DNA of 64,000 nt from assembly GCA_963825865.1 (NCBI GenBank), contig CAWGVG010000062.1, positions 64,001-128,000 on the forward strand, given 5' to 3'. The position numbers were made by a program, and so were the translations under genes. The DNA comes from an uncultured Nitrososphaeraceae archaeon. Lineage in GTDB: Archaea > Thermoproteota > Nitrososphaeria > Nitrososphaerales > Nitrososphaeraceae. The stretch's first letter is position 1. Every line of letters starts with the position of its first letter. The notes beneath the pieces are model-generated. The model saw only the letters and a list, made by a program, of their open reading frames with translations. It was not told the DNA's origin and did not search any database. Positions 55,193-64,000 of the stretch are shown here, in pieces.

Positions 55193-56863
55193 GTGGATAA
55201 AACGTTGAATACATTCTTCTTAGTAATTATAATCTTAATCACATTTATGTCCCAATTCTCCTCTTTGATCATACCTCTTCATGCACAAACAGTTGCAAAA
55301 GAACATGGCGCCAATGATAATAGTAATTTAGCGAGTATCGATATCAATTCTGGAATCAAAGTAGCTAGTTATCCTATAGGTGTTGCAGTCAATCCTTCGA
55401 CAAATAAAATATATGTGACAAATGAATATTCTAATACTGTATCTATAATAGATGTAAATACAGACAAAGTTGACGGAACTATTAATGTAGGAAGTTTTCC
55501 ATATGGGATAGGTTTTAACCCTCTCAATAACAGAATATATGTAAGTAATAGAGGCAATGGAACTGTCCCTGGTACTGTCTCTATTATAGACGGCTCAACC
55601 AATAGCCCAATCGCTAATGCCTCTGTGGGGAAGAGTCCTTTAGGTGTTGCAGTCAATCCTTCGAATAGTTTCATATATGTAACTAATTTGGACTCTGGTA
55701 CAGTTTCAAAAATAGATGGCATAAATAATAATTTGAAAAGTACAATAAAAGTAGGTACTGGGCCCTATGGCATTGCAGTCAATCCTATCAGTAATAAAAT
55801 ATATGTAACTAATATTGGAGATAACACAGTTTCTGTTATAAATGGTACAACTGACCAGTTGGTTAGTACAATAAAACAACTACCTACTGGTATTAAACCA
55901 GCAGGTATAGCAATTAATACTTCTACTAATAGGATGTATGTGACTGATCTTAAATCTGGATCTGTTTTTATTATAGATACTTTAACAGATAAGCCAGTCA
56001 ACACTATAAAGGTAGGAAAAATTCCTGCTGGTTTAGAAGTAAATCCTATCAGTAATAAAATATATGTAACTAATATTGGAGATAACACAGTTTCTGTTAT
56101 AGACGGCAAAAAGAATCAAACTATAAACACCATAGCAGTGAATCCAATTTTAAAGGCAAATTTCAAAGACAACGATCCTTTAAAAAATTTACCAGTTAAC
56201 GTCGGATTTCCAGATATTACAAGTTTTGTATCAATCGATCCGGCTACTAATATGGTGTATGTAACAAATACTGCATCCAACACTATTTCAATGATAGACG
56301 GGAATAAGGATGCTGGAGCAGTAAGATTGAATTTCAATATTAATCCGCCTAATTCTGGTGATGTAGAATGCGACGGAGTAAAGAATTTAGAAGGAAATTC
56401 TACATTATATACTAGAGGACAGGTCATTCGATGTGTAGCTAATCCAAATCGTGCATATAGTTTTGATTCTTGGTCTAATATAGCCAACAATTTAAATAAT
56501 CCATTGACTGTTCAGATTTCACAAATTGGAACGCTCACTGCTAACTTTGTTCCAACATATCCTCCAGAAACATATTTCTTTATAATATTGGGAGTTATAG
56601 GCGCTGTGCCAATATTTTTGGGATGGCTTAATAGAGAGAGGCAAAGACATCGCCTCACTAGATACTTGACAAGGATTGAAACCACACATGATAGACTCTT
56701 TGAAGGCAACAAACAGGACTATGTTATGCAGCTACAACAGATAAGTAAGGAAATACTAGATTTATTTAAAAGAGGGAAAATATCTGATTCATATTACAAT
56801 ATTTTATATAGAAAGGCCATGGATTACATATCTTTGGCTTACAGCAGTGACAGAAATACCTAG
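55193..56863 (+). CDS. Membrane-anchored YVTN beta-propeller surface protein
   Basis: Signal peptide, about 7 PxGxAVNP..IYVTN..TVSVIDG repeats, YSFDSWS module, TM helix and cytoplasmic tail. Confidence 0.88.
   Translation: MDKTLNTFFLVIIILITFMSQFSSLIIPLHAQTVAKEHGANDNSNLASIDINSGIKVASYPIGVAVNPSTNKIYVTNEYSNTVSIIDVNTDKVDGTINVGSFPYGIGFNPLNNRIYVSNRGNGTVPGTVSIIDGSTNSPIANASVGKSPLGVAVNPSNSFIYVTNLDSGTVSKIDGINNNLKSTIKVGTGPYGIAVNPISNKIYVTNIGDNTVSVINGTTDQLVSTIKQLPTGIKPAGIAINTSTNRMYVTDLKSGSVFIIDTLTDKPVNTIKVGKIPAGLEVNPISNKIYVTNIGDNTVSVIDGKKNQTINTIAVNPILKANFKDNDPLKNLPVNVGFPDITSFVSIDPATNMVYVTNTASNTISMIDGNKDAGAVRLNFNINPPNSGDVECDGVKNLEGNSTLYTRGQVIRCVANPNRAYSFDSWSNIANNLNNPLTVQISQIGTLTANFVPTYPPETYFFIILGVIGAVPIFLGWLNRERQRHRLTRYLTRIETTHDRLFEGNKQDYVMQLQQISKEILDLFKRGKISDSYYNILYRKAMDYISLAYSSDRNT
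55781..56101 (+). repeat. 60-bp identical direct repeat within the YVTN gene (55781-55840 and 56042-56101)
   Basis: AATCCTATCAGTAATAAAATATATGTAACTAATATTGGAGATAACACAGTTTCTGTTATA occurs twice. Confidence 0.85.
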
Positions 56864-57289
56864 GAGTCTGCTTCTCTTGTCCAGATATGTTTCTTAGGAT
56901 TATTGCTACCAATAATTGGTAACTTACTTATTCCGAATATGCTACACACCAATCTGAGAGTTCATTTTTCTAGCCTGTTAAATTGTCAAGAAATAACTCT
57001 TGATGCAAACAAGAATAGAACCATGACTGATAACAATTTATACTGCTGAGTCTGAGCTTCCGGTAATAGACGAGATATAGCTACATTGTTGTGTTGTTAT
57101 TCACTTTGACCTATTATTTCACTTGTTTTATTATCAGCAGTTTATTTTCTATTGGTTTTTTAATAAAGCAATTTATATTGGATAATGGGAAGGTCTATGT
57201 ACTCTTTTACGCTGCTCGCTAATTTCTACTCAGCCACAATGTTCAACAAATTGTATATATATACTTAATATTTATCAAATATATTACTA

Positions 57290-58509
57290 TTGCCAGAGCA
57301 TAAAGTAAGCTCAAAGATTGCAGTTGTTATTCTTGCTATAGTGGTAGGTGTTATACTAGTAGCGTATTTACCAAATTCATCTTTTAGTCAAGTATCATCG
57401 CCATTTCTTCCAGGAAGTCACAGAAATGCTGCAATAATAATAATAATAATAATAATAGCAATCACACAATTATACATGGCAATAATAATAATAATAATAA
57501 TAAAACATTAAGCTCTCAAGCAGGCAATCTATATTCATATTCTCTAAATAAAAAAGTAATAAACACAGCAAAACCAAAATCATTAGCATCACAAACAAAG
57601 ACTATAGAAGTTACAGCAAACCTTTCTCAGAAAGGGTTAGACAAATTCGGTATAAAGGAAATATATCTAACCAAGAAGGGTGGTAGAGAATGGTATATCA
57701 ATATGGCTGATCCAGGAAATGATCCTATATTTTCTACTGGATTTAGTCAGACCCTCATCAAACAAAATAGCAGTAGTAGTAATACCAATGACAGTCGTGA
57801 TAATGGTAATAATAATAATAATAATAATAATGGTACTAGTTGGAACAGTACTAGTTATTGGCGCATTACTAATCCGCAAGTTAGAATGCATGTTACTACT
57901 CCTCCAGGTTCTGCTCAATGGAAAAATGTAGAGATAACTGGATATGTTAAAGTAAATGCGACAAACATTACTGGAGCCCATCATCACCAGAAAGATATAC
58001 CCAATCATATTGCATGGCTTGCCAGAAGTGGCGTACATACTGACAACGCCCCATGTAATGGCACAGATCTGTCAGGTGGAATACGCGATGATGGTAGTGT
58101 GGGGTGGAAAAAAGAGATATGGTTTACAGGCGGTTATACAAATGAATCTGCTCAAGCCAAACCTACGGATTCAATAGTTGGCAGGTGGATTGGTTGGAAA
58201 GCTGTAGTGTATAACATAAACAATGAGACAGCAGTAAAAATGGAGTCATACCTAGACGATAAGAATAACAACCATTGGGTAAAAGTAACAAACCTTACGG
58301 ATAGCGGTGGATGGAATGCTGATACTTCTGACAAGAAATTCTATAAAGCTAATTGTGGTAAACCCAAAGACTACGTAATAACAAGTTCTGGCCCTATGGT
58401 AATCTTCAGAGCAGATAACATGATATTGGATTTTAAGAACCTTAGTGTTAGGGAGATTGAGCCTCCTCCTCTTCCTACTCATACTCATAAGCAGTACTAT
58501 ACTCAATAA
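57290..58509 (+). CDS. Secreted Trp-rich beta-sandwich (putative carbohydrate-binding) protein with poly-Asn linkers; frameshift near 57430
   Basis: Signal/TM segment in the 57290 frame; the other frame runs poly-N..DKFGIKEIYLTKKGGREWYINM into the 57703 ORF (WKNVEITGY, WIGWKAVVYN). Confidence 0.7.
57432..57830 (+). repeat. Three (AAT)n microsatellite tracts
   Basis: Runs of about 7-8 AAT near 57432, 57481 and 57808. Confidence 0.85.
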
Positions 58510-58760
58510 CATAAGTTCATAGACTTCTAGAGAGAGATACTTGACTATATCCAGATTGAACCGTTTTGTTCTATAATACTCTGCAATAGCCTTCTTCAAA
58601 TCAGTAAGTCGTGGATAGTATTTTGATACTAACAGATCATGCTTTCCCTGTCTTCAACATTCTTCTATTGCATTGAATTCAGGAGATCCCTTAGGAAAAT
58701 ATACAACCCTTAGCATGTTATTTCTCTCTTTTAGGTATGCTCTTACCATCTTACACCGCC
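58502..58760 (-). pseudogene. IS630-family transposase 3' remnant
   Basis: YFPKGSPEFNAIEEC*RQGK..YYRTKRFNLDI; TGA where the conserved Trp is expected; 5' part missing. Confidence 0.75.
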
Positions 58761-58769
58761 ATATCTCTT

Positions 58770-59280
58770 CTCCCGATAGGGGGCATGAATCTCTACCGTT
58801 TATCTTTGTCAGAGTAATGTGGTTACAAAATACCTTCCTTTGAAAAAGTTTTCTCTCTTCAACTCTATCGAAGATTAACGTACTTTGGTTTAAGGCCAGC
58901 TTGTTTTCTGTTTCAGCAAACACTATCGGTTCATCATCTGTCTTAGTTATACAGATTTTAATGTAGTGTGAACCTTTTCCATGCTGTCTGAAGCGGATTG
59001 TAAAACATGTTTAGCCGTTACAAAGTCCACTGCATGAAGGTCAGATTGTGATTGAATGTCTACAAAAAAACCTGTTCCGAGAGGGATAACTCCATGATTT
59101 TTTCTTCAAAAATTCGTATTGTTCAATGTAAGCAAATGTAGCTTCTCGTACTTACAAACCAATATGTGCAGATTCAAGAATCTTTTTTGGTTGACCTGTT
59201 TGAGGATCTATCACATACTGTCCTGTTCTTGGGTCTAAAAGATATTCCTGGCTTAAGTGCTTTTGCTTGAAGAAAATCAT
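58770..59280 (-). pseudogene. Degraded ORF with trypsin-like serine protease N-terminal motifs
   Basis: PLGTGFFV..FVTAKHVL at about 59090-59000; interrupted by stops and frameshifts. Confidence 0.4.
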
Positions 59281-59353
59281 AAACTTCGTCATTAACTCTG
59301 AAACCAACTGGTGTCAGTTTGTTTTTCTTAGGCTTAGTGTTAGGTGTTGACAT

Positions 59354-59843
59354 TTATCACTTTATCACTTATCACGCAAGGTAAATCCGGATTCTTTTTA
59401 AGGCTGAGCATAAAATGCCCTAAAGCGCGAACCAAATGGACCTCAATTGGTATTAATTGGTTCTGACAATGTTTTTTTATGAAAGAAATTCTTCCAGTGC
59501 TGCCTTTATACACTATCTTATATTTTTTGATTTTATAAAAACTATGTATAGAACTGGGGAAAACTGGCAAAAAACAAACTTTTTCTGGTTGACTTTTTCC
59601 GGAAAATTTTGTTATCACTTTATAGAATGTTATCACTAACCAAGGTTCTTATCACAAATACCGGGACTTATCACGCAAATCATGCCTTATCACGAAAACA
59701 CGTCTTACCACCTAGGGTATGAGTTATCACTCTGAAAATTTTTATCACTCTTATCACTCTTATCACGTCCGTTAACTTTATCACAGAAAAATCTTATGTG
59801 ATAATGTAAATCTTATCACGGATCTCATCTTTTTTTGTGATAT
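59354..59843. repeat. TTATCAC heptamer array (iteron-like) in two clusters flanking an AT-rich core
   Basis: 14 exact direct copies, one TTACCAC variant and one exact inverted copy; main cluster periodicity 18-19 bp. Confidence 0.9.
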
Positions 59844-60299
59844 AAGGCATAAGCAATGATTCAAAGTGCGGTAAATGAGTATTGGAAACTAATAGCAATT
59901 GATTCACTTGAAAGTTCTATCAATGCAGAAAGACTGTCAGATGCAGAACAGCCTGTATTAGCATAGCTATGTAATGCTCAGTAAAGTAATCTTGTGATGA
60001 TATGTACTGTTGTTGTCCTCCATACATAAAGGATGCAGGATAATGAGTTGTCCCCGGTAAAGAGACATTATTATTATAAATTAAAGAACTTTCCTCGTAA
60101 CTGCTTATCGCAGCAAAGGCTATGTTTATTGCCTGATTATGTATCTACAGGTAATAATATTAACAATTAGTATTGATGAATCTGTTCTATTCATGATGTT
60201 ACCGCACAAAACATTGATCAGGATTTAATAATAATGTCACCATTTTGGTGTATTGGTCAAGGATATTTTTATATATAGATAGGAACTGACATTAAAAAT

Positions 60300-60623
60300 G
60301 TGCTGCAAATAATAGCTTTAATCTTTATTGTATTCCTTATGGTGATTAACACTTATAGTGTATACGCCCCCGGATATCCTCCCCCTATTCCACCAAAAAT
60401 CTACCAAAAGCCATCTTCAGGGCTTTCCCAATTAGTAAATAAGACCTTGACAAATAGTACGAATAATACTAACGTTACAGTACCATCCTCCGGGATTTAC
60501 CAATTAGAAAGATGTGTACAAGGCAACTCATCTTATGCCATGTTTAAATCATGTTTAGCATCATTGTCGACAAACAACCGAACAGACATAGGCCATTTGA
60601 CTAATCAATCAGCATCACATTGA
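60300..60623 (+). CDS. Small secreted hypothetical protein
   Basis: Signal peptide, Pro-rich segment, N-x-S/T sequons and a Cys pair. Confidence 0.55.
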   Translation: MLQIIALIFIVFLMVINTYSVYAPGYPPPIPPKIYQKPSSGLSQLVNKTLTNSTNNTNVTVPSSGIYQLERCVQGNSSYAMFKSCLASLSTNNRTDIGHLTNQSASH

Positions 60624-60794
60624 AAACCTGCGCGTACTAGGCTCCAGCGATTTAGATGCAAGCCGGTAACTTCTAGAATTAAAATATAGATATAGACTAT
60701 ATGCAACTGCGGCTGGGTCTGTCCTAATACGTTTCATGCTATCCATCATGACTAAGGGCCTATCCCAAAATTATCCTCCTGTAATAGAACCTGG

Positions 60795-60930
60795 CGCGAG
60801 GCGCCATGAATTTCAGACTGACCATGGGTACAAAACTCAATGTGAAATTGCCGGAATGAAGCCAATAAATATAGAAATATTAATGGGGCATTCAGTAGGC
60901 ATCTCTGACTCGTACACACATCACAAATAG
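60795..60930 (+). pseudogene. Tyrosine recombinase/integrase C-terminal remnant
   Basis: RHEFQTDHG-YKTQCEIAGMKPINIEILMGHSVGISDSY; LMGH and the catalytic Tyr region are present, the HxxR arginine is deleted. Confidence 0.7.
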
Positions 60931-61025
60931 GATAACCAAGGTAAAACAATCCGCGATATAGCAAAAGAGGTTAGAATGTCATTCAGGGACATAGTATCTA
61001 TTTTGAATAAGGCTGATAACATCAA
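60931..61025 (+). pseudogene. HTH domain fragment
   Basis: NQGKTIRDIAKEVRMSFRDIVSILNK, in frame directly after the integrase-fragment stop; no start codon. Confidence 0.55.
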
Positions 61026-61130
61026 AACAGCGAATTTTACAAATCTTGATCCTCCCTCGATTATGACGTTACGGTTGAACACTTGAAAGAAAATCCTATA
61101 GAGAAATTGTATTTGATCACTCTGGTATAT

Positions 61131-61998
61131 TTATGTTATTTTATCATCATTATTTTTATTAGTTAAAAATCTGCGCATTATATCAAATACTACAGATGGT
61201 TTCTCAGAAAACGGTGCATGACCTGTATTTTCTACCATTTGAAGTTTGCTGTGTTTTTTGAGTAGTTCATGAAACTTTTCAGAATGTGCAACTGGTATTA
61301 GCTTATCAGCAGCACCACATATGATCAGAGTTGGTATATTCTCAATCCTTTGTAATTCTGATGATTCAATATGTGTTTTTGTACTATTTTCAAAAGCTGA
61401 TTTAAATGCATATTTCGCCCCTGTCAAGTTAATTCTTTTGATAAAACCGTCAACAATAGTAGGATGGAGTAACGCTGGATTTCCAAGCATCTGTTCGAAT
61501 ACATTTTTTACACTTTCAAATGTTGGATTTAATGCAGCATTAAGGTATTGTTCAAGTAGGGGTGTTGGTTCCTTGAGCATTCCAGAAGGGTCTATGAGAA
61601 TAAGCTTTTCTATCAGATCTTGACCTTCTATGGCTACTTTTGGCTATATATCCTCCAAGTGAATGACCTACTATTATTGTTTTGCAACTATCATCATCGC
61701 TATCATCATCATTTCTCCAAATTTGCTTACAATCAATGAAGTCTCTAATGAATTTGCTAAAATACTCTATTGTGTAGTCTAGTGTTACGGGTTTATCACT
61801 ACCACCAAAACCTATGAGGTCAACGGCTACTATTGGATGGAAATATCTGGATAAAGCATCAGGGATATCCAACCATCTATCCGATGATGATCCGAGACCA
61901 TGGATAAATAAAATATTTTTCTTTTTCGAACTATTGCGTTTTTCAGATTTCAGATACCTTATCTCGAAATCATTTAGCATTACTTTATTCTCCTTCAC
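61131..61998 (-). CDS. Alpha/beta hydrolase; frameshift near 61640
   Basis: FIHGLG, DLIGFGGSDKP, GHSLGG nucleophile, GAADKLIP and GHAPFSEKP. Confidence 0.88.
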
Positions 61999-62237
61999 TT
62001 ATTCCACCTAATGGTACGTCGGGTCTCTTGCTGCTATAAATATTTGACGATTGGGTACAAGGAGGAAGTTAAGGCGAAAGAACTATAGCCTCGGAGGTAC
62101 CTCTCCGTTCTATAGTCATAGTTGAACGCGAGAGGACATCTGCTGAAATACTTCGTTTAATGTTTCATTGGTGACTCGGCCGTTAGGAGTATGATCAAAT
62201 CCCTCTTTGTGTCAAGCATTAGCCACTAAGCTTAAAG

Positions 62238-63644
62238 CTAGGCGCCGACTGTTCTGTCATCCTTTTTTCCTCTAGTCTCGCTAATCACCAACTCTAAATA
62301 TTGTATAACTTCGTTATCATCTAACATTGAAGATTCTACTGCTGTTTCTTTTTCCATAGAATCTGCGTGTTTATGGATTAGTTTTACAACCTTTCCTATA
62401 ATCTCTGCGTTCTCTTGTGCATTACCTAAAGTATCTAGCAGAGCATACTCCTTTGCATATTTTCTGGCTAAATGACGCAATTCTGCATCTTGGGCCACTG
62501 ACAGCGCGACAGAGTATATTCCTATGCTAAAAAGAAAAGAAGCAAGCACAACAAAGGCACGTTGGATTGCTCCAAAGGGTGGATAAGAATTGTTGGTTAT
62601 CCAGTTATTGGTCGTTGGAGAAATTAAAATGGTTGAAAATGCTGCTATAATCAAATAGTTAATGATCTTACGAGAAGAGGTAATTTGCCGTCCAAGAGTT
62701 TTTGCTACTAAAATATATGCAAAAGCTATTACAAAATCAGCTACAACCCATCCTGCGGTACCTATTACCCTAAAGATAAGGAAGCTGGGGTCCATATATA
62801 CAAATTCACTTGCAGTTGACTTTAATAATTGAGGAGCAAATATCCCAAATAAAAAAAGTACAGGTGGTAAAATTATAAGTGTCCAAAATGTTGCTCTTCC
62901 TATCTGATCCTTAAAATAACGAAGGAAATATGCAACAGCAACTGTTTCTGCGATAGCAATAGCAGTAACTTGAGGGACAAGAAACCCATAGAGATGAATC
63001 ACAAGTTCTATTCTAGATAAGTGTCTGCTTGCCATAGAATTGCTAGAGTGGAAATTTGGATCTATGGAGGGTGGTCTTGAAAAGACTAATTCCTTTGTAT
63101 CAAATGCAGTAGTAACTGTCACGCTGATGCAAAGGAGCATCGATGATACAGCAAATGCCAATATCATGATATTGTGTCGTTTATTGACACTCGACTTGAA
63201 CCATGACAAGAATTTGTAAGTGCGAAAACCAAAGAACAAGATGGCTACTGCACTTATTAAGACAATTAGAATCAGCAGGTAAGTGCTATATTGTGAAAAT
63301 AACACCATTTCAACAATGATAGCTCCAAAGATGACTAAAAGTGCATAAAGAAAAATAGGTGTTGCCTTGTACAGCCTATTAAAAAACGAAGGAGCCTCAA
63401 GGTTTTTGCGCAATGCAACCATATAATCTCTAAGGGCATACAGACCTGCAAAAAATACAGTGATACTCATTGTTATAAATAATATTACACCAAAAGAAGA
63501 ATTAAGAGGCTTTCCCAAAACGTCAAGAAAGGTGCCAAAGATTACATCGGTAATTATTATGGCCCAAGCAATAAACGTCATCAAATAAGTTTTTTTGTTG
63601 ATGATACTTGTAGTGACTATCAACGGTATTTTTGTAGTCGACAC
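62238..63644 (-). CDS. Multi-pass membrane protein (about 10 TM) with cytoplasmic C-terminal tail
   Basis: Many hydrophobic helices; SYPPFG and SVAQDAELR..LGNAQ..VIQYLELVISE tail. Confidence 0.75.
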   Translation of the reverse strand: MSTTKIPLIVTTSIINKKTYLMTFIAWAIIITDVIFGTFLDVLGKPLNSSFGVILFITMSITVFFAGLYALRDYMVALRKNLEAPSFFNRLYKATPIFLYALLVIFGAIIVEMVLFSQYSTYLLILIVLISAVAILFFGFRTYKFLSWFKSSVNKRHNIMILAFAVSSMLLCISVTVTTAFDTKELVFSRPPSIDPNFHSSNSMASRHLSRIELVIHLYGFLVPQVTAIAIAETVAVAYFLRYFKDQIGRATFWTLIILPPVLFLFGIFAPQLLKSTASEFVYMDPSFLIFRVIGTAGWVVADFVIAFAYILVAKTLGRQITSSRKIINYLIIAAFSTILISPTTNNWITNNSYPPFGAIQRAFVVLASFLFSIGIYSVALSVAQDAELRHLARKYAKEYALLDTLGNAQENAEIIGKVVKLIHKHADSMEKETAVESSMLDDNEVIQYLELVISETRGKKDDRTVGA

Positions 63645-63671
63645 GTCATTATATACTCTCCTATATGCGTT

Positions 63672-63908
63672 TCAGCAAATTGCCCGTGAAAATGTCACGT
63701 TATCGATATCAAAAGATATGTCTTTTGAAACAAGGGGTAGTTCTTGTCGTTGTTGCTGTTGTGCTATTGCAGCCTGATTTTGGTTTAATAACATTAATGA
63801 GCTAAGAAAAAATACGCCGGTAGCAACAATAAGAATGGTAAGAGACATTATTGCTGTCATATACAATGAAAGATGAAACGAAGAAGAATTACCTTTTTTT
63901 TCATTCAT
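63672..63908 (-). pseudogene. Truncated N-terminus of a secreted protein, probably a hydrolase
   Basis: Signal peptide plus KDISFDIDNVTFS, then an abrupt stop. Confidence 0.35.
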
Positions 63909-64000
63909 TGCGAAATCTAAGCAGCATTGGTATCTAGTCGTCTTGTCGTTAACTGCATCAATATATTTGGAGAAAATCAGCCAGGGATTATCGAAATGTC

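Noticed and set aside
59340-59639. ORFs 59340-59636 (-) and 59457-59639 (+)
   Set aside because: They overlap the repeat/AT-rich element, have unprotein-like composition and show no motif.
59612-59819. CRISPR array
   Set aside because: The 7-bp repeats and 11-12 nt spacers are far below CRISPR sizes, and there are no cas genes in the window.
59354-59843. Bacterial DnaA boxes or the archaeal chromosomal oriC
   Set aside because: The motif is not TTATCCACA, there are no ORB-like G-string elements, and no orc1/cdc6 gene is adjacent.

Overview
This low-GC archaeal window most resembles a soil ammonia-oxidising Nitrososphaerales (Thaumarchaeota) chromosome. The assignment rests on 3HP/4HB-cycle enzymes, tetraether synthase, class III PhaC, TFE-beta and lineage-typical hypothetical families. 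Bases 1 to ~46.4 kb are mostly core genes: secE, rpl12/rpl10/rpl1, an intron-containing tRNA-Arg(TCT), phaC with a PhaR-like AbrB gene, speB, a GPN GTPase, thrB, a crotonase, tes, purA, pyrF, uppS, mtnP, apt, 4-hydroxybutyryl-CoA dehydratase, pyrK/pyrD, rsmA, rpo4, rpl21e, radA, sirC, hemA and hemB. Many of these are split by single-base indels, most likely long-read consensus errors. From ~46.4 kb the window is an accessory, mobile-element-scarred region. It holds an IS5-type element with inverted repeats, an abrupt thioredoxin/discoidin-gene junction, secreted repeat proteins, and IS630, integrase, RHH and protease relics. It also holds a non-coding array of TTATCAC heptamers with mostly 18-19 bp periodicity (59.35-59.85 kb), the most unusual signal found. 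All calls were made by eye from motifs; no searches were run.
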